From a virus (lineage: Duplodnaviria > Caudoviricetes), in the IMG/VR virus record IMGVR_UViG_3300044305_003112, positions 1 to 64,000 of that record: a stretch of DNA of 64,000 nt; one strand, given 5' to 3'. Each line of letters starts with the position of its first letter. Position 1 is the first letter of the stretch. The position numbers and the translations under genes were made by a program. Positions 1 to 11,090 of this stretch are shown piece by piece. The notes under the pieces are model-generated. The model searched no databases, was not told where the DNA came from, and saw only the letters and a list, made by a program, of their open reading frames with translations.

Positions 1-11
1 ATCCTAATACA

Positions 12-3000
12 ATGTTACGTATTAGTGAATTTGGAGGTAAAAATAAAAAACATAATAATGATTGGGATTTGTGGTATAATCGCTATAGTAAAGCATATAC
101 AACTTATGACCCTAATATAACAACAGTAGATGGAAAAGTAAAACCATCATCATCTGTAATAATACCTTGGAGACCCTTAACTGCAAATGTATATAGTAGT
201 GGGGGAACTGAATCCTCATCTTTAAATACAAATATAAGTGTTCCTGATTGTATACAATTTAGATTTAAAACAGATAGAAACATAGAACCAGATACTCATT
301 ACTCTGAATCTCTATTAATAAAAAAGTATAGAATCCAAAATATTGAAGATGAATGTGGTGGGTTTGCTATTAGGTTAGAAAGATCTATGTCTCAAACTGC
401 ATCTTATTCTGGTTCAATTAAAAGTACTACTGCTGATCCTTATTATGAATATGGTACTTTAAAATTATTAATTTCAGGTTCAACACAAGAAGGAGCAACC
501 CCAGAACACCTATACACATCATCAGGTATTTATTTACCTTTTTATAATAAAGATTGGTGGTCAGTTCAAGTACAAAGAAAAACAAATTTAAGTGCTAGTG
601 TAAATAATCAATTAAATGAATTTGAAATATTTGTAGGTCAAAAAGGATATGAAGGAAATGATGATAACAGAATAAAATGGTTAGGATCTTCTTCAATTAC
701 TATGCCTAACAATATTATATCAGCTTCAATGAATGCTGCGTGGAATAGAGTGAGAACAAATGATAATTTATTTCTTTATATTCCATATTATTCAAATGTT
801 ATATTAGGAGGTTTATATCAACCTGGTGGTTATAATATTATAGGGAATTGGTCTGAATCTTCTAACAACCCTACATACAATGCTAATATAATAGGAGATC
901 CTTTTTCAGGATCATTCCAAGAATTTAGATATTATAGAAGAGCTATAAGTCAATCTCAATTTTTTGATTATGTAATGAATCCAAGATCTATTGAAGGTTT
1001 AAGAGGAAACTTTACAGGATCTAATAGTTCATTTGATTTATTATCATTTAGAATACCATTAGGAAATGAATTAGAATACCAATCTCAAAAAATATTTACA
1101 CCCTCAGGTACTACATTTACAACAGGCTTTTCTTGGGGAATATTCGGGACTGATAGGCTTATTCCTTTTAACCAACCTACTCTCCCAAATGTAGGATATA
1201 ATAGTACAGCAGCTAGATATAAAGGATTTTTAGGATCAGTACATCCATCATCAGTAGGTTATGTAGGTCCTTTATATACTTCATCATTTTTATTTTATAG
1301 TAAAAACACACCAGAAGTTGGAGCAATAGGAACTGCATCTCTTACATCAAGTAATTATTGGGTTTTAACTAACTTTGGAGAAAAAATATCCACAAGTTAT
1401 CCAAATGCTTGGTCACATTTTACTTCATCACTTTTAAAACCTAATGATGAAGTTGTTTACTTAGACCAACCATCAGCAGGTATAAGAAATAGAAATTCTA
1501 ATAAAATAGCAGTTGCGGACAGTGAATCATATGGTGAAGTGCTTTCATCTATGAGATCTATATACCAAGATTATCCACAAAATAGACCATATAATGAAAA
1601 TACTAATAATTTAGAAGTTGGTTTTTCATTCCAAAATGAAATTAATGATGAAATTATATCAGCTATGGGTCATGGAGTTATTTCTGATATAGTAGGAGAT
1701 GCTGATGAAATTTATGGAACAGCAGCAACAGCATCGTATGATAGATATCCAAGATTAACTAGAATAGCTGAAGATTATTTTAAAAAATACTCAGGAACAG
1801 GTCAATATCAAGTTGGTACTTATAGTACAACAGATCCAAATAATCCTGGTAATCCTTGGTCTTATAGACCAAAACTTAGAGAGCAGGAAGTTGATTATAA
1901 TAGATTAATTCAATTTTATGAAACTTCATTATTTAAAGCAATTAAAAATTACGTACCAGCTAGAACTAGTTTAAGTACAGGTATTATAATTAAACCACAT
2001 TTATTAGAAAGAAATAGTGTTAAATTAGCATCACTTACTTCTAAAACAACAATGGCTATAACTCCTGAAACGGGTTCAATTGATGGTAGATTTGATGTAC
2101 CAGGTACCCCACAAGGATTTCAAAGTCCAATTATTAATCAAGATTTAACTATCACAAGTAGTATTAAAGTAGAAGAATTTAGTGGTGGTGTAAGTGATGA
2201 TATGTTTAATAAATTAGCTCAAAATAACTACATTGATGCTGATGAAATAGTTAATTTTAGTAAACCGGGGGTATATAGTGGTGAAGTATATCCAACTAGT
2301 AGTGTTCACCAAAACCCAACAGCATCAGTAAATATACCATCATTTTACACAGGAAGTAATAAAATATATTCAGGTAGTTTTCTATATTTACAAGGTTTAG
2401 ATAATAATTTAGTATATGAACCACAATTTTTTACATCATTTGATCACCCATTTGTACCAGGAGTGAATTGGCTTGCTCAATATTGGATACCTTTAGGGGG
2501 AAAAATGCTTGATCCATATAAATTCCCAGCAACCTCATCAGTTATAAATCAAAGTTTATATAGAATAACAGAAGTTGTTTATAATCAATTTGGAGAACCT
2601 AAATTATCTGGTTCAGGTACATTCCCAAATACTCCAGCAGGTTACGTAGGAAAACCTACACCTATAGCTTACACAAATGGACAAATATCTTCATCAACAG
2701 ATTTATATGATCTTTCAGCTGCATACACAGGATCTATAACTAATACTTCTAAACACCCATTAGCAACAAATTTCCATTTAAGATTTATGACAGCTTTTAG
2801 CACGGGTGGTACAATTACACAAGATATTTCAGCTTCAATATTACTCACTTCAAGTTTTAATAGAATTTTAGGTAGAGATAGTTATGTACTTCCATGTGCT
2901 GCAGGAGCATCTCCATACATTTATGAAAATACATTTGATGAATTTATATTATATCCAAATGAATCATTTATGGTGGTAGCAGCTGCATCTCAGTCAGTAC

Positions 3001-6000
3001 CATTTTCTGAAAATTTCTACACCAATTTTCTATTGATGAATAATTTTACGCACAGTATAAATTTTCCATTAGAAGACATAACAGATAGAAGTATAGTAGC
3101 ACATCCTATTAGTGCCTCGTGGTGGAGATCTCGATCTCTTGCTATAAAGAATTATCCTGAAAATTCCTTCCACCAAACATGGGTGGATAATATTGATACT
3201 ACTGAAGGAATAGTTCCAAGAATTCAAGAAGATGAAAAAGAATTTTATGATGGAGAGTATAGTGGATCTACTTTAGTAGCTGAAGATGGAGAAATGAATA
3301 ATGGATGTGAAATAAAAGTATATAAAGCAATGGATAGTAGGTATCACATTGAAGCTATTAATTATGTACCTAAAACATTATATTATGCTACTATGTCTTG
3401 GGTTGAAGGAACAAGAAGTGCGGGTTTAGAGCCAAATAATTATGCTCCTATTTCTAATCTTTATCCACCACATACTGCTAAATATGATTCATGGTCAAAA
3501 GCAACATCATCATATAATGTACCTTGGAGTGGAATGGATAGTGCATATCCAAATACTTTCGATAAAGGTGTTGTAATTTTCCACCATAGAGTTTCTTCAT
3601 CCTATGATGCAGGTGAAGGAAATAATGGTCAAATATTAGGACATAAAATTGACGCTATTCATTTCGATTGGAGTTTCTTTAGAAGTGAACCAGAATTATT
3701 TCCAATTAACACAGCAGATGGTAATGAATTAGACAATACAAAACCAACTACTATAACAAACTTTCCACAAAGTTCAACTGATCCAATGTCTTGGATTCAA
3801 TATTTAATTTATTTAAATGAAATTGAGGTAGAGAGTATAGTAGAATTTATGAGACTATGGGCAACATCAGGATTACAAGCTAAGTTTGGGTGTATGCCTG
3901 ATTTTGGTATACCTAATAATATAGATCCTTATCCATCAGAAAGTTGGTTTTATAATAACACAGGATCTTTAATTCCTGAAGGAGATAATGACACACTGCG
4001 TACTGCATTAAATTATGTAGGTGCTGAAGCATGGGATGTGCCATTTAATGTTATGAGAGAACTTAGATATGGAAGAAATGAACCTTATTTTAATATTTCT
4101 CTTAATGATAAAGATAATGTAATTCGAAATAACCCATCAGTAGATTCACAAAGTTATTATAACCCAAAATATAATGGCAATTATGATTGGGATGAATCAG
4201 GAGACGACCCAAATAGTATATCTGCTATATATCATGATGATCAACAAAAATTATATAACTATCAAATAACTAACACTACATTAAATGAATATAGTAGAGG
4301 AAGTATAATAGGTTTAAAAGGTTTAGCACGTTATGTGATGCTATTTGGTGAAAACAACCCAGAATTAGCAGGCATTGAAAGCCCTTCAATTGCTGAATAT
4401 GGTAGTAATTATTTAACAAAAACACCATATGAAGGTAATTTTGGAACATCTACAGCATGGCCTTTTTCTTCAACTGCTATGCCTGGATTTACCTGCCCTA
4501 TACCACCAGGAGGGTATAATACTCACAGTTTAGGTAGAGCTTTAATTTTCTCACAATCAGCAGGAGCTACTTGGTTTACTACTACTTTTGTATCTAAATC
4601 ACAAGATTTAAGAACATGGACAGCATCTGGAGCATCTACTCCTACGGTACCTAGGGGTTCAGCATCAGCAGATAGAACAAATACTATCCATATAAATTCA
4701 TTTGCAAGAGCATATAAATCATCATCACAATATCCTGTACCTGGGAAAGGAACAGCTTCGGTGTTTTTCTATCAACCTACTTTTACAGAAACTTCAAGTT
4801 TCCATAGAGCAATGCCATTTAGAATTAGAATATCATACCATTCATCTACAGGAGAAAATATGGCAGCTACTCTAAAACAAGATGGAAATTATGATGTTAA
4901 ATTTTTAATATCAATGAGTTATTATTTAACTGATGCTGGAGTAGGTGATAATCCTTTTCAATTTGGTTATGATCCTCTTAATAGTAAAAGAAGAAATATA
5001 TTTGACTCTTCAATAACAAGTATTTACCACTCAGAGACTAATCAAATAGAATTTAAACCATTAGCTGTAGTAGATCACACAACAGATGAATATTTAGAAT
5101 ATTTCTATGGAGATCCTGAATCACGAATATTTTTAGGAGCTGAACAATGGAAGTACGGAGAGAATTGGTCATCATCATTTTTATTTACAGGATCAGATGA
5201 AACAGCTATAGTGTTTGATCCATATTTTGAAGAGGCAGGATTTTACAACTCAGATTGTAATCCTACAATGAATAATGAAAATGAAAATAGATTAAATCCA
5301 CACTTATTTGATGTAGATTATAGTACAGATTTATCAGTTCCAGTTAATTTAGATTTAATAAATAAAAGATCAGCAATATTAGCTCAAGTACCAGCAAGTA
5401 ATTACACACAGCGAAGTTCTATAAATCCTAAATATAATGGTTGTAAATTATTAAGTGCAGATTATAATCACTTTACTTCAAAAACACAAGGAAAAAATGT
5501 TGTAACATTTTTAAATGGAGATACTGGATCGTGGGAAGGAGATAAATCATATGGTCCTTCAGCTGTTATAGATACTTCACCTATTTATATAGCTCATTTT
5601 AAACAAGCTATAGATAGTAGAGAAAGATTTGATACTATGACATTTAATATAGATTCTCTAATAGAAATCCCAGATACTGATATTATAGGAAAAAATCAAC
5701 AACCTTCTATTATAGGTGTTGATGGTAGTGGAGATAAATTATTTAATGTAAGTTCAACATTCCCAAAAGGAAGAGCACTAACTATAAACTTTAATGAACA
5801 AGAAAAAGAATTTTCTAGTCTTAATGGTCAAATAATAAACTATAGTTCATTACAAGTAGGAACAAATAAAATTTACAACCCAGCATCACAATTTCAAGTA
5901 ATAGCTTCAAATCAAATAAATCAATATGACACAACACCATCACAAGCTTTTAATGCACCACAGTGGATTACTTTAGAAGATCCTATATTAGAATTACCTC

Positions 6001-7523
6001 CTTCATCTCAATCATTAGATTCGGGTTACTCCAATTTAACTACAGGTAGTAATATGTTAATTTTAAAGGGATGTCCTATATATTTAAGAACAAGAGTTCC
6101 TGAGTATTTTGGACTATTAGGAGAAGTTGATATACATGGTCCTCATTTATCATTATTAAATACTTTAAATAAAAACATTAGAATGGGGGATATGTCGGGT
6201 TCATATAACAGAAATGTTACAGGATCTAGTTGGACTTACACAGGAAGTACTACATATCATAATACTGATTTAGGTTTTAGATCATCACAATTTCCACTTT
6301 ATACTACTGCTAATATAATATCAGGTAGTTATGGAAAAAATATAATGGGTTGGTATAATAAATGGTCTGTAGGTGAAACATTTGGAGCTTTCCAAGGATT
6401 TGTACTTTTTAGTAGATATTTTCAAAATACTTTTACATCTTTTGTTCCAACATATGAAAAAGAAAAAAAAGGAGTTACGTGGAGATTCAACCCAGCTTTA
6501 TCAGGTGTTCCAGAGTATGAAAACTTCCAACACGATATGTTAGTAGAAGAAGGTGATATAATAAGAGTTACATATGATTATTTACTAACAGCTAGTTCTG
6601 ATAATACTGTTGAAACTATTACACAAGATTTTGAAGTAATGGGTTATAATTTAGTACCACCTATATTATCAGGTTCTACTACAGTAAACCCAGGAGATGC
6701 TTTTACAAGTAATGTAGATTTTAGGTTAGAGCAAGGTTCACAACCTTGGACTAATCCAAATTCTGGATATAGAGGAAAAGGAACATACACAGGATATCAA
6801 TATGGTCAAGAATGTATGTTAACTTCTTTTGGAGGTCCGAATGCATCAGGAATATTATCACAATCATCAACATATAGAAGTGCTTCATTTACAGGTTATT
6901 ATCCTGATTTTTATGGACCAAGAGAAGATAAAATTACATTAGCTACATTTGGGGCATCTAAATTAGCAAGTGGTACTGTAATTAATGGAATAGGCCCATC
7001 AGATACTCCAGGACAGTATCAATGGTGTTTATCAACAAATCAAAGATTACTTGACTCAGGTTCAATATCTAAAGGAACAGCAGATCCTACAGTTTCAAGT
7101 GGAGCTGATTTTTCATCAATTTATGAAGCAACTGGATCAAATTATAATAGAGATTGTGCGGCATGGGCGTCAGGATCTATTGTAATGCATATGGGAAATG
7201 CATCAACTACATCTCTATTGAAAGAGCCAACACAAGTATGGATACCAGACCCAGGTTATATCTACGATAGATTAAGAGTAGTACCTGATCCAAAAACATT
7301 AAAAAAACCAATACCCGGTGGACATATTAAAAATTACACTATTTTTAGAAGAGTAAACGCAGATGATAGAGTAATAGTAGAAATTACCCCACCAACAGGT
7401 TCAAAAGGAATTGTAACTCCATCAGGAGATGGATTTTTAATACCTAATGATTTAACTGAAACACAGAAACGAAATGTTCAAACTGTTATAACATCATTAA
7501 AAGATAAAAATGCGTTTCAATAA
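12..7523 (+). CDS. Giant virion structural protein (baseplate wedge/fibre-like), probably 5'-truncated by the window edge
   Basis: 2503-aa ORF whose frame is open back to position 3 (CCT AAT ACA ATG). Ser/Thr/Gly-rich (TGS/SGS motifs), with a LamG-like segment (FSGSFQEFRYY). Lies directly upstream of baseplate-type genes. Confidence 0.6.
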   Translation: MLRISEFGGKNKKHNNDWDLWYNRYSKAYTTYDPNITTVDGKVKPSSSVIIPWRPLTANVYSSGGTESSSLNTNISVPDCIQFRFKTDRNIEPDTHYSESLLIKKYRIQNIEDECGGFAIRLERSMSQTASYSGSIKSTTADPYYEYGTLKLLISGSTQEGATPEHLYTSSGIYLPFYNKDWWSVQVQRKTNLSASVNNQLNEFEIFVGQKGYEGNDDNRIKWLGSSSITMPNNIISASMNAAWNRVRTNDNLFLYIPYYSNVILGGLYQPGGYNIIGNWSESSNNPTYNANIIGDPFSGSFQEFRYYRRAISQSQFFDYVMNPRSIEGLRGNFTGSNSSFDLLSFRIPLGNELEYQSQKIFTPSGTTFTTGFSWGIFGTDRLIPFNQPTLPNVGYNSTAARYKGFLGSVHPSSVGYVGPLYTSSFLFYSKNTPEVGAIGTASLTSSNYWVLTNFGEKISTSYPNAWSHFTSSLLKPNDEVVYLDQPSAGIRNRNSNKIAVADSESYGEVLSSMRSIYQDYPQNRPYNENTNNLEVGFSFQNEINDEIISAMGHGVISDIVGDADEIYGTAATASYDRYPRLTRIAEDYFKKYSGTGQYQVGTYSTTDPNNPGNPWSYRPKLREQEVDYNRLIQFYETSLFKAIKNYVPARTSLSTGIIIKPHLLERNSVKLASLTSKTTMAITPETGSIDGRFDVPGTPQGFQSPIINQDLTITSSIKVEEFSGGVSDDMFNKLAQNNYIDADEIVNFSKPGVYSGEVYPTSSVHQNPTASVNIPSFYTGSNKIYSGSFLYLQGLDNNLVYEPQFFTSFDHPFVPGVNWLAQYWIPLGGKMLDPYKFPATSSVINQSLYRITEVVYNQFGEPKLSGSGTFPNTPAGYVGKPTPIAYTNGQISSSTDLYDLSAAYTGSITNTSKHPLATNFHLRFMTAFSTGGTITQDISASILLTSSFNRILGRDSYVLPCAAGASPYIYENTFDEFILYPNESFMVVAAASQSVPFSENFYTNFLLMNNFTHSINFPLEDITDRSIVAHPISASWWRSRSLAIKNYPENSFHQTWVDNIDTTEGIVPRIQEDEKEFYDGEYSGSTLVAEDGEMNNGCEIKVYKAMDSRYHIEAINYVPKTLYYATMSWVEGTRSAGLEPNNYAPISNLYPPHTAKYDSWSKATSSYNVPWSGMDSAYPNTFDKGVVIFHHRVSSSYDAGEGNNGQILGHKIDAIHFDWSFFRSEPELFPINTADGNELDNTKPTTITNFPQSSTDPMSWIQYLIYLNEIEVESIVEFMRLWATSGLQAKFGCMPDFGIPNNIDPYPSESWFYNNTGSLIPEGDNDTLRTALNYVGAEAWDVPFNVMRELRYGRNEPYFNISLNDKDNVIRNNPSVDSQSYYNPKYNGNYDWDESGDDPNSISAIYHDDQQKLYNYQITNTTLNEYSRGSIIGLKGLARYVMLFGENNPELAGIESPSIAEYGSNYLTKTPYEGNFGTSTAWPFSSTAMPGFTCPIPPGGYNTHSLGRALIFSQSAGATWFTTTFVSKSQDLRTWTASGASTPTVPRGSASADRTNTIHINSFARAYKSSSQYPVPGKGTASVFFYQPTFTETSSFHRAMPFRIRISYHSSTGENMAATLKQDGNYDVKFLISMSYYLTDAGVGDNPFQFGYDPLNSKRRNIFDSSITSIYHSETNQIEFKPLAVVDHTTDEYLEYFYGDPESRIFLGAEQWKYGENWSSSFLFTGSDETAIVFDPYFEEAGFYNSDCNPTMNNENENRLNPHLFDVDYSTDLSVPVNLDLINKRSAILAQVPASNYTQRSSINPKYNGCKLLSADYNHFTSKTQGKNVVTFLNGDTGSWEGDKSYGPSAVIDTSPIYIAHFKQAIDSRERFDTMTFNIDSLIEIPDTDIIGKNQQPSIIGVDGSGDKLFNVSSTFPKGRALTINFNEQEKEFSSLNGQIINYSSLQVGTNKIYNPASQFQVIASNQINQYDTTPSQAFNAPQWITLEDPILELPPSSQSLDSGYSNLTTGSNMLILKGCPIYLRTRVPEYFGLLGEVDIHGPHLSLLNTLNKNIRMGDMSGSYNRNVTGSSWTYTGSTTYHNTDLGFRSSQFPLYTTANIISGSYGKNIMGWYNKWSVGETFGAFQGFVLFSRYFQNTFTSFVPTYEKEKKGVTWRFNPALSGVPEYENFQHDMLVEEGDIIRVTYDYLLTASSDNTVETITQDFEVMGYNLVPPILSGSTTVNPGDAFTSNVDFRLEQGSQPWTNPNSGYRGKGTYTGYQYGQECMLTSFGGPNASGILSQSSTYRSASFTGYYPDFYGPREDKITLATFGASKLASGTVINGIGPSDTPGQYQWCLSTNQRLLDSGSISKGTADPTVSSGADFSSIYEATGSNYNRDCAAWASGSIVMHMGNASTTSLLKEPTQVWIPDPGYIYDRLRVVPDPKTLKKPIPGGHIKNYTIFRRVNADDRVIVEITPPTGSKGIVTPSGDGFLIPNDLTETQKRNVQTVITSLKDKNAFQ

Positions 7524-7571
7524 AATTAAATAAATTAATAACTTAATTTGGAATAAAAATAAAATTTTTAT

Positions 7572-7584
7572 ATATTTATAAATA
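7572..7584 (+). promoter_or_regulatory. Late-promoter-like motif ATATTTATAAATA
   Basis: Intergenic, just upstream of ATG 7598; contains the T4 late consensus TATAAATA. Confidence 0.7.
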
Positions 7585-7597
7585 AAATCAATAAACA

Positions 7598-8257
7598 ATG
7601 GGATACTTAAATAATCAAGTAGTAACAGTCGATGCTATTTTAACTAAAAAAGGTAGAGAATTATTAGCAAAAGGAGAAGGAAATTTTAAAATAACTCAAT
7701 TTGCACTATCAGATGATGAAGTTGATTATACAATGTATAATCCAAACCATCCATCAGGTTCAGCATATTATGGTGAGGCTATAGAAAATATGCCTCTATT
7801 AGAAGCTATACCGGATGAAACACAAACTATGAAATATAAGTTAACTACTTTACCAAGAGGTACTTCTAAAATGCCAGTTTTATCAGTAGGTTATAATCAA
7901 ATAACATTACAACAAGGAGAAGCTTTATCATTATCTCCACAAACTTTAAATTATTTAGGAGCAACAACAGGCCAATCAGAAGGTGATGGATACACAGCTA
8001 CAATTTCAGATGTAAGAATATTTTCAGATTTTACAGGAACAGGAATAGCAACAGAGCAAGCCTCAAAATTAAATTCATCAGAAACTTTTGGAACTAATGT
8101 CTCAAAAACAGTTATAGGTACATCAGTTACTTTAACAGCAACTACTGTTAATGCTTTATATGGAAATAAAACAGCATTATATGCTACCCTTATAATAACT
8201 GGTAGAAATAGTGGGGCCAGAATACAAATCCCTGTAACAGTAACAAAAACATCATAA
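7598..8257 (+). CDS. Virion structural protein (putative baseplate wedge component)
   Basis: 219 aa. N-terminus VDAILTKKGRELLA...ITQFALSDDEVDY resembles phage baseplate/tail-fibre attachment domains. Late-promoter motif upstream. Confidence 0.55.
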   Translation: MGYLNNQVVTVDAILTKKGRELLAKGEGNFKITQFALSDDEVDYTMYNPNHPSGSAYYGEAIENMPLLEAIPDETQTMKYKLTTLPRGTSKMPVLSVGYNQITLQQGEALSLSPQTLNYLGATTGQSEGDGYTATISDVRIFSDFTGTGIATEQASKLNSSETFGTNVSKTVIGTSVTLTATTVNALYGNKTALYATLIITGRNSGARIQIPVTVTKTS

Positions 8258-8270
8258 ATCATTTTAAGAT

Positions 8271-9302
8271 ATGTTTAAAATAATAACACCAGAGGATCAA
8301 GTAATAAGTTCAGATTCGGTAACAGGAACAGTTTGGAGTAATAATGCTCCTATTTTAACTTCATTTTTCACATCTTCAATACAAGCAGCTAGTAATACCG
8401 GAAAATTTTATTATCACGTGTATCAAACATCATCAACAGATTCAACAGCAGCTGTACAATTTGATATGGCTTATGCTGATAAGATGGGTAGTGGAAGTAA
8501 TTTTTACAATGCGTTAGTAACAGGATCATCCCCAACTAGAACTATATATGGTCAATATCAAAATATAGTATTAGGAGATGACACATTACCTTTTTCATTT
8601 GGAGGAGTTACAAGTTCATATTTTTATGTAATAGCCCCAGAAAGAGCTAGATTTAAAGAAAAATTACTACCTGGAACAATGACATTAAAACTATCAGGTT
8701 CAGGACAACCTAGTAATAGTATAGAATTAACAGATAATAGTAAAGTTGTAACCTCAACAACATTTAATAACGCAGGTAGAGTATTCCAAGTAGTATCAGG
8801 TTCAGCAGGAAATGTTTATACATCAGTAAATGCAAATGGATATAGTGTAGCATCAGGATCTTATGGTTTGTTTTTACCAGACATTGCAACAATAATATTA
8901 AATGGTCAAGCATTAGATGATGGTAATATTAAAACTGGAGGAGGAATCAATTTATCGACACAGAGACAAATGGACGTTAACAATAATAATATGAATAGAT
9001 TGTTAAACGCCATGAAACGTAAAGGCTATTTTAAATTAAATTCAGAAGAAACACTAACATCTGACTTTTTATTTATTAGAGCTAAAAATCAAGAATTTAA
9101 TTTTTCTGAAAACCCTTCATTTATATCAGGTAGTACTGGAGCTGTATTATATGACTCATTTGTTAACAACCCACAAGTATACATTACTACAGTAGGGATG
9201 TATAATGAAGCTAATGAATTATTAGCTGTAGCTAAAATGAGTAGACCTTTATTAAAAGATTTTACTAAAGAAGTATTAGTTAGAGTAAAATTAGATTTTT
9301 AA
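8271..9302 (+). CDS. Baseplate/tail-collar-type structural protein
   Basis: 343 aa. C-terminal VYITTVGMYNEANELLAVAK resembles the tail-collar fibre domain (GL(Y/F)xxxGxLxAV). Confidence 0.55.
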   Translation: MFKIITPEDQVISSDSVTGTVWSNNAPILTSFFTSSIQAASNTGKFYYHVYQTSSTDSTAAVQFDMAYADKMGSGSNFYNALVTGSSPTRTIYGQYQNIVLGDDTLPFSFGGVTSSYFYVIAPERARFKEKLLPGTMTLKLSGSGQPSNSIELTDNSKVVTSTTFNNAGRVFQVVSGSAGNVYTSVNANGYSVASGSYGLFLPDIATIILNGQALDDGNIKTGGGINLSTQRQMDVNNNNMNRLLNAMKRKGYFKLNSEETLTSDFLFIRAKNQEFNFSENPSFISGSTGAVLYDSFVNNPQVYITTVGMYNEANELLAVAKMSRPLLKDFTKEVLVRVKLDF

Positions 9303-9307
9303 AATGA

Positions 9308-10633
9308 ATGGATGCTTACAAACAACTTACAACCAAAGATGTAGTAATAACCCCCTATGAAACTAATAGACATATAAAGTTTATTAGTGGTTCAATATCT
9401 CAATCTGGAATTGGATTATTTTATGGGTTAAAATCACCTAAAAACAAAGCAGATGTAACTCACACAGACACACAGTGGGATAACACATCCTATAGTACTG
9501 CACAAAAATGGCCAAGTCAATTAGCTTTTTATTATGGTACTGCATCAATTTCTCATGCATCATTTCCTTTAAATAATAAAACAGGTTTTTCATCACTTGA
9601 AGCCCAAAATATATACACTGTTTATAGTAATGTTAGACATCTATATTATACTAATTATGTTTCAAGAAGTTGGGGAGATAGAGCTTATACACAAAGTTTA
9701 ATACCAGGAGTAAATTCAGCAGGAAATCGTTTTTCAGCAAACCAAATTCATACATGGACAGGCTCATATAATGCTGCTATGTCTACAAGGTATGAAAATT
9801 ATAAAATGAATACTATACAACAAGAAAGACATTTTATAGAGCAATATAGATCAAGTTCATATGGTATTCCTCCTATGGGTTCAGTATCTACGGGTTATAC
9901 AACAAACCTACCGTATGAATGTGCTGTTTTTAGTATTCCTCGTAGATTATATGGTGAAGCAATACAACCAAAATCTTTTCAATATATAATTACAGGATCT
10001 TTTAAATCCCCAGCAGCCGGCGTTTCAAGTGCATATATGACAAAAATATATGATGATGGTGAGGGAAATTTATATATGGATACATCTGCATCATATGCAA
10101 CCGCCCCACAGCAACAGGGAGCTGCTAATAGATTATGGTGTGGTAATATTTTTTACCCCCATGGTATAGGTGTTGTATTTGACTCAATGATTTCTAATAA
10201 CTATGCTATGTATAATAATGCTACCCAATCAGCAGTAGCAGCCGTTGGTTTATACCCACATTTTTCCCAAAATACTACAATGAAACCTCATTCATATAAT
10301 GCAACTTACGCTAATTCTTTCATAAATAATGGCATAGCATCAGCTAGTATTGAATTTTCTTCATCAGTAAGATTATGGGAACATCAATATAAAGTCACAA
10401 TAAAAGATAGTGAATTTAATTACTCTTTAAACCACTCATTGTTAACAGGTAGTGCAGGAGTAAATAACCAAGTATATTTTGATTTTGCAACAGGCTCTTA
10501 TTTTTCACCCTATTTAACTACAGTAGGATTATACAATAATGAAAAACAATTAATAGCAGTAGGTAAATTATCAGTACCTACCAAAATCCCAATTAATTCA
10601 GATTTAACTATTATAGTTAATCTTACTATGTAA
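9308..10633 (+). CDS. Baseplate/tail-collar-type structural protein, paralogue of the upstream gene
   Basis: 441 aa. C-terminal PYLTTVGLYNNEKQLIAVGK matches the same motif in 8271..9302. Confidence 0.55.
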   Translation: MDAYKQLTTKDVVITPYETNRHIKFISGSISQSGIGLFYGLKSPKNKADVTHTDTQWDNTSYSTAQKWPSQLAFYYGTASISHASFPLNNKTGFSSLEAQNIYTVYSNVRHLYYTNYVSRSWGDRAYTQSLIPGVNSAGNRFSANQIHTWTGSYNAAMSTRYENYKMNTIQQERHFIEQYRSSSYGIPPMGSVSTGYTTNLPYECAVFSIPRRLYGEAIQPKSFQYIITGSFKSPAAGVSSAYMTKIYDDGEGNLYMDTSASYATAPQQQGAANRLWCGNIFYPHGIGVVFDSMISNNYAMYNNATQSAVAAVGLYPHFSQNTTMKPHSYNATYANSFINNGIASASIEFSSSVRLWEHQYKVTIKDSEFNYSLNHSLLTGSAGVNNQVYFDFATGSYFSPYLTTVGLYNNEKQLIAVGKLSVPTKIPINSDLTIIVNLTM

Positions 10634-10634
10634 T

Positions 10635-11090
10635 ATGAGTTGGACCTATAAAGGAAATAAAATTAAATCAATTAATGATTTCGGTAAAGATATTATGGGG
10701 TTTGTATACTGTACAACTCACATACCTTCCGGTAAAAGTTATATTGGTAAAAAATTTTTAGTACATACTCAAAAAAGAAAATTAGCTAAAAAAGATTTAA
10801 AAGTATATGAAGGAGCAAAAGGAAGACCACCTAAATATAAGTTAGTCTCAAAAGAATCAGATTGGAAAACATATTATGGTTCCAATAAATACCTTCTAGA
10901 ATTATTAAAAACAGAAGATAAAAGTAATTTCCAAAGAGAAATACTTCATTTATGTACAAGTAAAAAAAGATTAACTTATTATGAAATGAAATATCAATTT
11001 ATTCATGAAGTTTTAGAAAGACCAGATGAATTTTTTAATGATAACATATTAGGTAAGTTTTTTACACGTGACTTTGGAGATCCAAAATAA
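10635..11090 (+). CDS. GIY-YIG family nuclease
   Basis: GFVYCTTHIPSGKSYIGKK (GIY-YIG variant), YYGS, and downstream E and N residues (YYEMK, FFNDNI). Confidence 0.8.
   Translation: MSWTYKGNKIKSINDFGKDIMGFVYCTTHIPSGKSYIGKKFLVHTQKRKLAKKDLKVYEGAKGRPPKYKLVSKESDWKTYYGSNKYLLELLKTEDKSNFQREILHLCTSKKRLTYYEMKYQFIHEVLERPDEFFNDNILGKFFTRDFGDPK

Noticed and set aside
10635-11090. Mobile homing endonuclease or intron
   Set aside because: Only about 150 aa with no DNA-binding C-terminal extension, and it does not interrupt a gene; kept as a plain GIY-YIG nuclease.
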